Source: Rhynchopus sp. YZ270_cl-10 (taxonomy: Eukaryota). Taken from it: a DNA stretch of 64,000 bases. The stretch covers positions 248,001 to 312,000 of the forward strand of contig OZ037841.1 in the NCBI GenBank assembly GCA_964035575.1. The letters are read 5' to 3'. Position 1 is the stretch's first letter; each line of letters begins with the position of its first letter. The notes beneath the pieces are model-generated. The model saw only the letters and a list, made by a program, of their open reading frames with translations, did not search any database and was not told where the DNA came from. Positions 47,445 through 59,557 of this stretch are shown one piece after another. The translations under genes were made by a program, and so were the position numbers.

Positions 47445-50400
47445 TTATTCAACTGGCTGCTCATCTGCGTATGCCTCGTAAGGCTTGACATGATCGGCAT
47501 CGAAGTGCACGTTGTTGTCCATCTCCAGTTCATCGAGGGCACCACATTGTTCGCCGAAGTTCATTTTGAAGTTTGGCTTGCGGGAACGCATGTAGAAGAA
47601 CGCACCACAGAGACCAATGAGAAGCGCTCCACCACCAGCAATGACGATGATGAGCCACACCGGGAAGCCGCTGTCGTCCTCCTCCGAGTCCATATCCCTT
47701 GGCACGTCTGCCTGCGCGGAGAGCCCTGTTGGGAACCCACTGCACGACGCATCCGTCTCCCTCTCTGTGCTCTTCAAACAGTTGTCAAAACGAGTGAACG
47801 TCTCCGTTGTAGCCGACACAGAGTACTCCATGAGGCCTTCACCTTCGGCACACTTCTGGGAAAGGTCGGAGGTACCGGCAACAACGACGGTACTGTTCAA
47901 GAAAGCTTCGAGACCGTCAACAGCGGTTTGGATACTGTTTTTGGGGTATTTTTTTAAAATGATAAGAATACACATACTCTTCCGTGGTGAGCGTAGTGCC
48001 CGTCTTCTTGATGCAGATCTCCCCTTTTGAGGGTGCAACGTGAGGAAGTGCTGTAGGGAATCCTGGGCAGAGGGACGCATCTGCAGCACACTTTGTGACA
48101 TCTGTCTCCGTACCTGCTGTGACCTTGACCGTGACAAGGCGGTAGCTACGGTCTGTGCATCCCAGGCCGTCAGCCGCAATACTCACCCCGGAGACCAGAC
48201 CGTTGGTATAGGCCGCAATGTCTGCAACAGACTCGTCCAGTGTCTTTGCGCTCTCCAAGCAGAGGCTGATCTCCTCAGAGGGGAACTCCGGTGGTGCCTG
48301 TGTGTTCGGTGCTGTCGTACGTTCAAACCTGCTGGTCACGTGGATAGGGAACGGCGGGTCTGTCTGCGCGCACTCTGTCATGTTGCTCGATGCTGCGTAC
48401 AGGCAGTCCGAGAACAGCCCGTTGGCTGCAGAAGAGACGGACATAGAGACAGTCACCTCTTCACCAACACGCCCGTCGCTGCCGGCGCATGTGTCCTCAG
48501 GCTGGTGCGCGTCCACGGAAACCCATCCGTTCACGAAGCGTGACAAAGCCGTCTCCATGACAGCGATTCTGAGGAGGGGATATTTTTTTTTGAAATTGTG
48601 AAATACAAAAGCGTGCACCTTGGTGGCAGAACACCGTTTGGGTGAAGCATGCAGTGCTTGCATTCCATTTCGTTTACATCATAATAATAAAAAAGTCTGT
48701 GACATACTCCTCTTCGTATGTGGTGTAGATCTCCAGGCAGACGAAGGCCTGTACCACCTCGACAGGCTGCGAGAACTCTGCTGGGAATGCGCCGCTGCCG
48801 ACACACCCAGGCATGGCGGAGCCAAGGAGGCATGCACCGATGGTGTTGGCGTTAGCAGGGGTCAGCGTGACTCTGTACTTGATGGCGTCGACCGTGCTGC
48901 AGCCTTTGGCATTGGTGGTGACGGCCTCGACAGTGAGCGTCGGGATCGAGAAGAACGACTTCACACCTTCCTCCGTTGCGCTGTGATGTGGTGTAAAAAT
49001 ATGGTGAAAACTAAAAAAACCTCTCTCCGTTGCTTTCTTAGTTGTTTCTGTCCTCCACACATTTTCCGTCAACCCCTGTAGGCCCAGTTGTTTGTTCTTT
49101 TTTGAAAATCTGAAATTACACATTTACCTTACCTGGGTTGTGACCCTGCAGGGGGGTGAAGGTTGTGAAATATCCTTCGGAGGGGGGAAACAATATGGGT
49201 CCGTTTATAAACCCCCCCCCCCCCCCCCCCCCCTCACTCGTTCCAGACCACTTTTTTTGAGTTCTACACAATTTGAGCCCCGACAGGTGCCCAGAACCCC
49301 CCTGGAATCGGTTTTGAGCGACTTTTGGCGGTGTTTTGGGGTAAAAAGACGCTTTTTTTGCTATTTTCAGGCTATTTTTGGCCATTTTCAGGCTATTTTG
49401 GCCTGTTTTGGCCTATTTTCACTGTATGACCGGGGTTTCGGGTTTTATGAGGTTTGAGCACCAACAGGTGCCACGAAACACCCCAGTACCGGTTTTGTGG
49501 GTCTCCTGTGGGGTTTTTGGGGTGAAATATACCTTTTGCTTGATGTTCTGGGCCATATTGGGGTGTTTTTTGGCCATGTAGGCCTGGTATGTGCCACTAC
49601 AGTGCATGGGCCAAATTGGGTGTTTTGAGGGGTAGAGGGTCGTGGTGGTGGGTTCCTAACTCGCTGGCGGCGACGCTTATTGCTCACTGTTCTGGCCCCA
49701 TTTCCCCCATTTCCCCCCTCCCTGACCCTTTTCTGATGAAGACCTTTGAAATGCCGGGTCCTGTCGCAAATGTTCTTTGTGAACGTTCTTCATAGAATAG
49801 GGAAGTGTGAGGGGGGTCAAAATAGCCCTTTTTGACCAAAAAATACCAAGAAAACCACCAAGAAAAGTGTCCCATGTGTCCAAAACAGGTCGGAATGGGC
49901 TCACAGCCCATTTTTGGGGCAGATTTGGGCCACAGGAAGCCTCCCGGTGTCAAAAAAATCGTGTTTTTTGGTCAAAAAGGGCTATTTTGACCCCTCACAC
50001 TTCCCTATTCTATGAAGAACGTTCACAAAGAACATTTGCGACAGGACCCGGCATTTCAAAGGTCTTCATCAGAAAAGGGTCAGGGAGGGGGGAAATGGGG
50101 GAAATGGGGCCAGAACAGTGAGCAATAAGCGTCGCCGCCAGCGAGTTAGGAACCCACCACCACGACCCTCTACCCCTCAAAACACCCAATTTGGCCCATG
50201 CACTGTAGTGGCACATACCAGGCCTACATGGCCAAAAAACACCCCAATATGGCCCAGAACATCAAGCAAAAGGTATATTTCACCCCAAAAACCCCACAGG
50301 AGACCCACAAAACCGGTACTGGGGTGTTTCGTGGCACCTGTTGGTGCTCAAACCTCATAAAACCCGAAACCCCGGTCATACAGTGAAAATAGGCCAAAAC

Positions 50401-51656
50401 AGGCCAAAATAGCCTGAAAATGGCCAAAAATAGCCTGAAAATAGCAAAAAAAAGCGTCTTTTTACCCCAAAACACCGCCAAAAGTCGCTCAAAACCGATT
50501 CCAGGGGGGTTCTGGGCACCTGTCGGGGCTCAAATTGTGTAGAACTCAAAAAAAGTGGTCTGGAACGAGTGAGGGGGGGGGGTTTATAAACGGACCCATA
50601 TGTACCTTGCAGCGAGTGTCGAGCAGAACTCCTTCACGACGAGCGGTGCGTCAGTGGGTGGCACGTTGGGTGCCATCGTGCTGGGTGCCTCTGTGAGAGG
50701 GGCAGCTGTGGTGGGGACCCCGGTGATGGGGGCCTCCGTGTCCACGGGGGCGGGCTCTGTCGTTTCAGGTGCCTCGGTGGAGGGTGCGTCAGTCTGCGGG
50801 ATATCTGCCCTCGCTGCGGGAAGGTGAAGTTCGTGGTGCAAAAAAAAAAATTATATTGATCAAAGCAAAAAGAAGTTGGTATGAACACTATTTGGCTCTT
50901 TTAAGAAAGCCTCGCTCCAAAAAAAATGGGTTTCTTTCGGTTCGGTCATTACTTTCCATTTTTTCGTTTTCAAAATAGACATACTTAGGTCGGGCAGGGG
51001 TGCGGTGACCTCGGAACACCTTGAGGTTACATCGAGGCAGGTTGTGAAGTCAGCCAGCATCGCTCCTGTGATGGGTGCCTTGGCGGGGTTCTTCCCGTCG
51101 GCACAGTAGATGTCGCTTTCCATTGCCTGGCCGTCGAGGTAGAACTCGAGCTCAGTCTGCAGGGTTGCGATGTCGAGCTTTGTGCAGAAGTCCACGACAG
51201 TCGCGGTCATGTTGTACTCAATGAACTCCACCAGAGTGTCGCACGACGTATCCGACGAGCCCTGCAAGCACTCCTGCGTCAGGTTCACATCCGACTCACT
51301 CAGCACCAACGCAAAAAGGTCCAGATCCGCCCCACCCTCCTCGTTGCACCCCTTCCCCAGAGTGGCCACGACAGCGCCTGGTGAGCCAAGGGTCTTCTCT
51401 ACGTAATCCTGCAGATGAGCCTCAACCGTTGTGGTGTTTGTGCTGTGTTTGTTGTGTTGATTTTTGGGAGGTTTAAAAAAAACAAAACACTTTGTTTGGG
51501 CCTATTTTATTGCCAACAAAAAGCAGTTTAGTGTGTTGGGGAGGGTTGGCGTTTTGCATACAAAGCGTCTGCCTTCGGGCAGAGGCGGATGACATCAGCG
51601 GAGCATGATACGGCGAAGAGCGCAACCGTGATGAGCATGCGAGTGGCGGGTGACAT
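47445..51656 (-). CDS. Multi-exon Cys-rich type I membrane protein (signal peptide, repeated modules, T/P linker, TM)
   Basis: ATG 51656 gives MSPATRMLITVALFAVSCSADVIRLCP. Five GT-AG introns join the ORF pieces in frame, including 48981-50605. TM FPVWLIIVIAGGGALLIGLCGAFFY; stop at 47445. Confidence 0.75.
49197..50597. mobile_element. Foldback-type non-autonomous transposon with ~640-bp inverted arms, intronic
   Basis: ATAT|GGGTCCGTTTATAAA ... TTTATAAACGGACCC|ATAT. Arms ~49197-49843 and ~49964-50597 are near-perfect, with a ~120-bp spacer. Mirror-image ORFs appear in the track. Confidence 0.92.
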
Positions 51657-52075
51657 GATGCGATAAGAGGAGCTGTCTACTGATTGGTTTATGGTATCTT
51701 AGTTAGGCTCAAGTCAATATGGGGCAAAATAAATGTGAGAAGTGGAAAAAAAAAAAATCAACACCAAAATAAAAACACCGGTGTCGATAAAAAGAAAAAA
51801 AACGGGTAGTGTACGTTGTGAGCCTGTATTGTATTTGGGGTGGAAAAATACAAAAAAACGTCAATGAGGCATCTGCCACACAGGAGAGATCATCATCGTG
51901 TTCATCAGCGGTTACTTAACAGCGTTTTGTATAGTGGAGTTCATCCTCGGGTGTGTACACTAATACAACCAAGTTTTCAAAAAAAGCACGGGGTATTTTT
52001 TCTACATTTTTCTACATTTTTGAATAGGTCTCCAGAGGAAAGTCTCCAGAGATGAGATGCCCCCCCTCCTCCCTT

Positions 52076-52780
52076 TCATTCCGCTGTAAGCGACTTTAGA
52101 CACGTTGTTTTTGCACTGCCCTCAGGGAGCTCGCCCAGCTCGAAGTACATGCCCCGGAGTTGTTGTGGGGAGAAGACTCCTACCTTCTGCTCTTGAATAC
52201 GTGTCTGGGGCACCCACTCTTCTTCCGATGAGAGCGAGACTGCGCGGGAGACGGCCCAGTCGGCTTGAATCGACAGAGGGGCCTGCCCTGGCTCACGCTG
52301 CAGCGGCACATAATAACACACCAAGGTCTCCTTTACCCCGGCACGCTCTCTTGTTGACAGAACCTTCGCTAGACGTATCTGGGCACCGTCCTCAACGTAT
52401 ACGGAACGTGAGGGGGGTTTGAGTGTCATTTTCTTCTTCGGTGCTGCATCGTTGCCCTCATTCTCCTCCGAACGTCTGCGTTTGCGGGTCTCAGAGTTGC
52501 TGGCATCCGGATGGCTATCTACCACAGTATCCGGTAGTGGTGTCTCTGGTGCTAGCGGCAGAGGTGTCTGCAGAGCAAGAGGAATCTGGTGTGTCGCTTC
52601 GGCAAGCACACTGTTGGGGTGTGTTGGGCCTGTCTGAGCTTGAGCCTGCGCCTGGGCCTGCGCCTGCGACTGTTCATATACTAACCCATCCCCAGGTGGG
52701 GCATGTGTATTGTCCCCTACCCTATCACCAAAAGGGTCAAACGAAGGTGTCACAGGGGAGGCCTTGCACACAGGGTCCAT
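52076..52780 (-). CDS. Hypothetical protein (basic NLS-like segment, possible chromo-like C-terminus)
   Basis: 234-aa ATG ORF, co-oriented with its neighbours. Contains RKRRRS..PKKK and KVLSTRERAGVKETLVCY..EEWVP. Confidence 0.6.
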   Translation of the reverse strand: MDPVCKASPVTPSFDPFGDRVGDNTHAPPGDGLVYEQSQAQAQAQAQAQTGPTHPNSVLAEATHQIPLALQTPLPLAPETPLPDTVVDSHPDASNSETRKRRRSEENEGNDAAPKKKMTLKPPSRSVYVEDGAQIRLAKVLSTRERAGVKETLVCYYVPLQREPGQAPLSIQADWAVSRAVSLSSEEEWVPQTRIQEQKVGVFSPQQLRGMYFELGELPEGSAKTTCLKSLTAE

Positions 52781-55181
52781 GTTGTGGTTGACCTAGGGTG
52801 GGGGGTGTGTGTGAATACTCTGATTCGTTTCACGATGAAAGCGAGGTTTAAAAACAAATATGGTTGAAAGACGTTGGGTCTAGAGGATGGGAATGCGTAC
52901 ATTGTATAGTGGGGTGCTTCGATTCGAGGCGTCCACAGCAGCATTCTGCACCGTGTTTGAGAAGAATCTGCTCCACATCTGCATGTTTTCTGCATCGCAA
53001 AGTGCAGTGTATCCCAAAATTCCCGAAGTTCACAACAGCGGAGTGCATGTTAGCATATACAATGGAGATACTGTACGCAGTCATCGCATAACAGAATGGG
53101 GGTAAGCAAAAGTGGGAAAGTAGGGAAAGGAAGGGGTTTGGTATTTTCCCCCGTTTTACAATTTACCCATTTTGAAATGTGAACGAAGTAAAAAAAGAAA
53201 AAAAGAAAAAGGACGCATTGGGGGAAAAAAATGCAATATATTTTTATAAAGTCATCCTTCCCCCTTCACAAAGAACAGAAGACACAGTGTACTTTGTATT
53301 GTCGCAAATGGTTTGAAAAAAAAAAATCCCTATTTTTTTGGCCAAACGCCCCCCCACCCCCACCCCCCACCCACACGACGGCAAAGTGGGTGACTTGACG
53401 TGTAGTTTTTTTTTTACTTGCGGTTTCGCCATGTTTCCCCATTGACTTACAACGGTGAAAGCACAAGTAAAAACCACATCAAAGTCATTTCCTTCATTCG
53501 TTGTGCACCCTCACCCACCCATCCACCCACCCCATTTATTGTGACAATGGCAAATTTTATCAGAAAGAAACGTGGGACGAACAAAAAGTTGAAATATAAC
53601 CCTCCATAACAGCGGAGCGAGCACATGCTAGACACTGTACAATGAGGCAAGAGGAGGCTGCAACAACAGTGTATGAGTAATCTTCCCTGCCCAAAAAAAA
53701 AACATAAATGAATAGAAAACTTAACACTCATCACACAAACCCCCATGGGAGAGGTTGTGGTGAAAACGCACACCTCAACCTGTTTGGTGAGGCGTGGCTC
53801 TGCAGCGCGGTTCGTTCCCAGAACCGCAGGTGTGTTCAAAATGTTTTTGCTTCTATTTTCCTCCTTCATTTCATGCGACAAAAAGAAAACTTGCCTCGCA
53901 TATTTAAAAGAAAAGCTTGTAAGAACCTCAAGGTGACCACACCCACATGATTTTGAACGTGCTACGAAATAGCGGTCAGGAACACCACAAAGAGGGCCGA
54001 TTCCACCCAAACCCCAACGTTTTATCCATCAGACAGTCTTCGCTAGATAGACATTTTATGAAAAGGCAGACTTGAAAACAAAGATAAGATGAACCTAAGC
54101 CTCTCGTTGCTTAGGTCACCTTGACAAAGGAAAGTAAGATGGCAATGCTTCGTGTGCATGCACATCTACAAAAGATTTAGGCAGAGTCGCTAGCCAAGGG
54201 GAAAATCGTAGCATCAGCCCAACACTTCATGCGGCCGTAGCTACTCTAAATTAGTTTTAACCCTTAGCCAACGAGCAACCCGTACAGGGGTTGTTTTTTT
54301 TGGGGGTTTTATGAAGAACACCAGTAAACAAATTTTTTTTTTGGACTTTTTGATCGATTTTTTTTATGTTGAAAAGATTTGTCACGAAACGTTCCAAAAA
54401 ACATGTTTTCGGGAGAAAAAAAACAACCACATATTTGGTAGGCAGCGTCAGGGATTGTCTCCCCCAAACACTGAAAGTTGATGCTATTTTCTGGTTTTTG
54501 GGTTGGTGTCCAAGGCCCAACCAAGGCCCCAAAAAATGTCAAAAATATGTTATTTGTCACATACGAGCAAAAATAAAGCAATTGCGGGGTCGCACGACCT
54601 CCCATTCGTAACACAGCCACCCTCACACCAACAGGACTTTCACCTCCTTTTCACTGTTTTTCACTGGTTTTGACTGCTTTTGACTGTTTTGACCGGTTTT
54701 CACTGTTTTTCACTATTTTTTGTTCCTCTCAGGCTGTTCATACAACTTCTACTCCATATTTCTGACCGATTTTTTTTTTATTGATGTCATTTGCTCTCGA
54801 TCTTTCAAATAACGCCATTTTCGAGTTCCGGTTTTGCACACATATTTCGTCAGAGGACTGCGGGAGCTATTTTTCTCGAATTTTTGGGTGTTTTTTCCCA
54901 AGCATTTTGGATTTTTACAAAATATTTTTTTTTCCCACCTGAATTAGCTGGGTGTTGGGAGGTGTTGGGAGGTGTTGGGAGGTGTTGGGGGGCGTTGGGG
55001 GGTGTTGGCGGGCGTTGGGAGGTGAGGCACTTTTTTTCCCACCGGCGTGAGCCTTTTTCTCGTTGGTGAAGTTTTTTAAACACCTGCATTGTCATTTCCG
55101 GAATCCGTCCTCGCTGTGGTGGGGTCAATTTGCCGAAATGGACAAGTTCTGAGTACATACGTGATCAATTTTCTCACACTG

Positions 55182-55449
55182 CACAGTATACACAGTATAC
55201 ACAGTATACACAGTATACACAGTATACACAGTATACACAGTATACACAGTATACACAGTATACACAGTATACACAGTATACACAGTATACACAGTATACA
55301 CAGTATACACAGTATACACAGTATACACAGTATACACAGTATACACAGTATACACAGTATACACAGTATACACAGTATACACAGTATACACAGTATACAC
55401 AGTATACACAGTATACACAGTATACACAGTATACACAGTATACACAGTA
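55182..55449. repeat. (CACAGTATA)n satellite, ~30 units
   Basis: Perfect 9-mer array. Confidence 0.97.
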
Positions 55450-55480
55450 CAGTACAGTTCTCGTTTTTGGTCAATTTCCG

Positions 55481-56131
55481 CACAGTACACAGTACACAGT
55501 ACACAGTACACAGTACACAGTACACAGTACACAGTACACAGTACACAGTACACAGTACACAGTACACAGTACACAGTACACAGTACACAGTACACAGTAC
55601 ACAGTACACAGTACACAGTACACAGTACACAGTACACAGTACACAGTACACAGTACACAGTACACAGTACACAGTACACAGTACACAGTACACAGTACAC
55701 AGTACACAGTACACAGTACACAGTACACAGTACACAGTACACAGTACACAGTACACAGTACACAGTACACAGTACACAGTACACAGTACACAGTACACAG
55801 TACACAGTACACAGTACACAGTACACAGTACACAGTACACAGTACACAGTACACAGTACACAGTACACAGTACACAGTACACAGTACACAGTACACAGTA
55901 CACAGTACACAGTACACAGTACACAGTACACAGTACACAGTACACAGTACACAGTACACAGTACACAGTACACAGTACACAGTACACAGTACACAGTACA
56001 CAGTACACAGTACACAGTACACAGTACACAGTACACAGTACACAGTACACAGTACACAGTACACAGTACACAGTACACAGTACACAGTACACAGTACACA
56101 GTACACAGTACACAGTACACAGTACACAGTA
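55481..56131. repeat. (CACAGTA)n satellite, ~93 units
   Basis: Perfect 7-mer array. Confidence 0.97.
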
Positions 56132-57888
56132 GCAGTACAGCACCAGAGGTTGGGATTTTCCCTTGGAGGGCGTCTAAATTAATACATTTTTCGCTTTTTT
56201 CCCAAATTTCCACTTTGCCTTTGCCACTATTTTTTTGTTTGACTTGGAACCGGGACCCCACCCTGGAACCCCCTCCAGAAGGGGGTACAGAACACCAGGG
56301 GAGGAGCTTGGGGGTTAAATCGGGTCAGATTGACCCGATTTCCTTCGGCCCCATGGAAAAAAACGGGTCAGGGCAAAAAAAAAAAAAAAACTATAGATTT
56401 TTGAGGGGAAAATCCAAAAAATAGGGTACTCTACTTGTCGCATGAGGGGGTCTGAGAAGGATGAGGAACTACTATGTGACCCCACCGCGACGAGCACGAA
56501 GCTCAATGAAGGCAGAATGCCCTCAAACGCGCGCTCCACCCCGATCAAACCCGAACCCAAGAGGGATGCCGAACTCGACCTAGCCGTTGGTTACTGGCGC
56601 GAGCTGACGATCCAGATATTGGATCAACTCGCTGGGTGACACACCAAAAGAGGGGCTCAGACAGTGACAAGTGTTGCCGGGGATACGGAACGCCCTCCGA
56701 CGTTTGCTCGAAGGGTACACCTGCCCAGAGAGAGTACCTGAACTGGCGAGGGCCTACACACACATTCCACACCTCCATTGCGCAACCCTACCTTGATGAC
56801 CTCATCGCCAGTGTCAAGGGCAACATGCATTCCGCGGGGATGGTGCAACACTTGTGTATCATCAACGTGTGAAACGCGCCTTCTCATTCTGCATGTGTTT
56901 GTCTTCACAAGAGCTTTTCCGCCGAAGGCGGAAAAGCTCGGGACCTGACCCGATTTAACAGAATTTGACCCGATTTTGCCCCAAACCCATATTCCAAGCT
57001 CCTGCCCTGCAGAACACCCTCAAAAAAAAAAAATATCCCAAAATTCGGGCTAAATTGGAGGGGTGTTGGGAGGTGTTGGGAGGTGTTGGGAGGCGTTGGG
57101 AGGGTTTGCCGTTTTTTGCAAATCAGGTGGATTTTCAAAAAAAATCCAAAAAATAAATAATCAAAAGTTCTGCTCAAAATCTTTCAATTGCGACCAGAAT
57201 CGGTCAAAAAGTCGTTGCCCTTCACATTTTGCCTCTTGGAGAGCCTGGACCCCCAAAAACAAAAAAAAACACACCCAAAAATCCCTTCGTTGGCTAAGGG
57301 TTAACGCTGTTGCAACAGAATGAACAACAACAAAAAAAAAAACAAAAAAAAAACGAAAATTTCTCACATCTAAAAAATAAAAAAAAAAATTGTAGGATTG
57401 TTGGCTCCTAAGTCTCTTAGTCACCCAGGAGGGGGAAAAAAGTGAAGTTGATAAGTGCAAAACGCCTGAGACGTACGCACCGACGTTCCGTTGGGTTTAT
57501 TTGAAACCCCAGAGAGTGTTTGCATAGGATGTCATTACACTTTCGAGAAGCGCGAAAAAAAAAATTTTTAAAAATCAAATGGAAAGCTCTATGTCCCCAC
57601 CCCCCTTCTCCCTTTCTCCACCCACCCACCCACCCCCTCCCTACCCAGTGCAACTTCGACACCTTATCCCACTGTCTCCACTGCAGAGTTGCGCATCCCC
57701 GACATCATCTCGCCACTGTGTAGAGGGCTGAGACCTTCCCCCCTTATTTCGATTTATGTCGTTCCCCTGAGAGACGAACAAAAGTGTCTTGCAAATACAA
57801 TGTCCCTTGACAAGTGTACCTAAAGCGCGAATAAACTAGGGGGGCGTGATGTGCCGCAGTGTTGCGTGGTTGCTACCATGCGCTTCCT

Positions 57889-59222
57889 TCAGACCTTCTT
57901 CGTCGCGAGCTCGCAAGGGTTGTAGTGCATGGCTGTGGGCTCTGCTAGGTAGGACACAACAAGCTCGTACTTTGGCACTGTGATGGTCGCCTCTGCGTCT
58001 CTGTTGAGGAAAGAAGGTGAAAGAAATTATGTACAATGTACTACAGGATGGGGCAAAACGCAAGGCAGAGATTTTTGCATCCCAAAAGCCTGGTGGGAAT
58101 GACATACCTGGGCATGATCGTCTTGCAGCCAAGCTCGTTGCTGGTGATGACGTCGACTTTGATGTTGTAGTGGTTTGCTGCCGCGACAAGGGTGACGTGG
58201 TCACCCCACATATTCCCTGACAGCATGTCTTTGCAGTAGTCAGCGAGATCGACCTCCACGAAGTTGACGTATACGTCTTTGTTGCGTTTGATGTAGTCCA
58301 TCACCTCCTTGCGCACCTCGCCGTGCAGGTTGTCGTCGCCCTTCACACAGTGCGCAATCGAGCGGAACTGGCAGTGGCCGTCCTGCGCTACCTGCACCTC
58401 CACGTAGCCACGCTCCTTGAGACGCTGCTGCAGACGCGCCTTCTCCTCATCCGTCTCACTCTTGTCCCTCACACCCGCCGCAAGCGACTGCGCAATCGCC
58501 ACCTCCAGCTGCTTCTCAAAGGCAGCTGCAGTCGCCTCCTCCGGCGGCTCTTTCCACTGATTCGTCTTCTGCTCAGTGTCGTGCCAATACACGAACCCCT
58601 TCTTCGAGACATGCTTCTCATACTGCTCAATGGTGTCCGGCAGCTCGGGCCCTAGGTTATGCTCGACCCCTGCGACGTCAAAGAGCAGACGCATCAAAGG
58701 GTATATCGCGTACTGCGGCGACTGCATCGGGATCTTGAAGGTGCGTGCCACTCCGGTGCCTGCGTCTGATATCAGATGCACATACGCGCGGGAGCACTCC
58801 GGGAAGACCCGCGTCGCCTTGTTGTAGACGACCACTGTCTCCGGGGTGGTGTGGTGCGTCGGCAGCACGATGCCCTTCGCTGTGGCATGCTTCTTGAGGG
58901 CAATGGGCTGCTCGCTGGTTGCGTTGAGTGTAAGCGTGGCGTGCGCCTTATCCCACACCACATCAGGTTCACCTTGGTACGGTATCCGCGGACCCAACTC
59001 TCGAATATTCCTTTCATACACGACAGGCCAGATACGTCGTGTACCGTCATGTACAAGTGCATGGTACGTCCCATCGGGGTTGTTGTCCAACAGCGTCACC
59101 TTCCACCACACCCCCTTCTTGTCCTTCGACTCGTATTTGTCCTCCGCATTTATCTCGTAGTTCTTCCGCTCCGCCTTCGCCTTCTTTGCCTGCGGCACGG
59201 TCTCGGTCTCCTGCGCTACCAT
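57889..59222 (-). CDS. OTU-family deubiquitinase with Tudor/Agenet-like, WW and UIM-like regions (2 exons)
   Basis: OTU motifs DGHCQFRSIA and WGDHVTL. Splicing intron 58001-58107 supplies the catalytic His (AMHYN) and a stop at 57889. WW-like GFVYWHDTEQKTNQWKEP; UIM-like EKQLEVAIAQSL. Confidence 0.88.
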
Positions 59223-59557
59223 CGTGTGTTTTGTGGAGGGGGAGGGGGAGGGTGGTCAGGGGGGGCGCCCCCCCTCGTTCCTGTGTGTGGGGTGGTGGTG
59301 GTTGGTGGGGTCGTGGAGAATGCGGGAGGGTTTTGGGTTTGTCATGAAAAAAGTGGTGAAATGGGTCTATAGTGTACGCAATGCAAATCTGTCACTACAT
59401 TTTCACGTAATGCATGCAGGTAAACGGTAAAACGTTTGCTTAACTTAGGGCCACCACGCACCGCCTTTCCCCTCTGACAATCTCTCCATTTTACAAACAG
59501 CTCATCTTTTTTGTACATCCCCCCCGGGACTTCCTTACCACCTCTCTCTTCCCCTTT

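Larger units (their letters stand above)
54261..57300. mobile_element. Non-autonomous piggyBac-like element, 3.04 kb
   Basis: TTAA|CCCTTAGCCAACGA ... TCGTTGGCTAAGGG|TTAA (14-bp TIR, TTAA TSD). No transposase ORF. Internal (GGTGTTGGGA)n at ~54950 and ~57060. Confidence 0.88.

Noticed and set aside
49060..49150. Possible micro-exons beside the foldback
   Set aside because: Direct splicing 50606 to 48980 already keeps the frame (AAS-ATEEGVK).
54095..54110. ACGAGAGG as an rRNA sarcin-ricin loop fragment
   Set aside because: Only 8 nt match and the flanks are not rRNA.
55076..56261. Long ORFs of 200-380 aa (YCVLCTV, VHSTQYT repeats); also 42076-43098
   Set aside because: Stop-free translations of the 7- and 9-mer satellites inside transposons.
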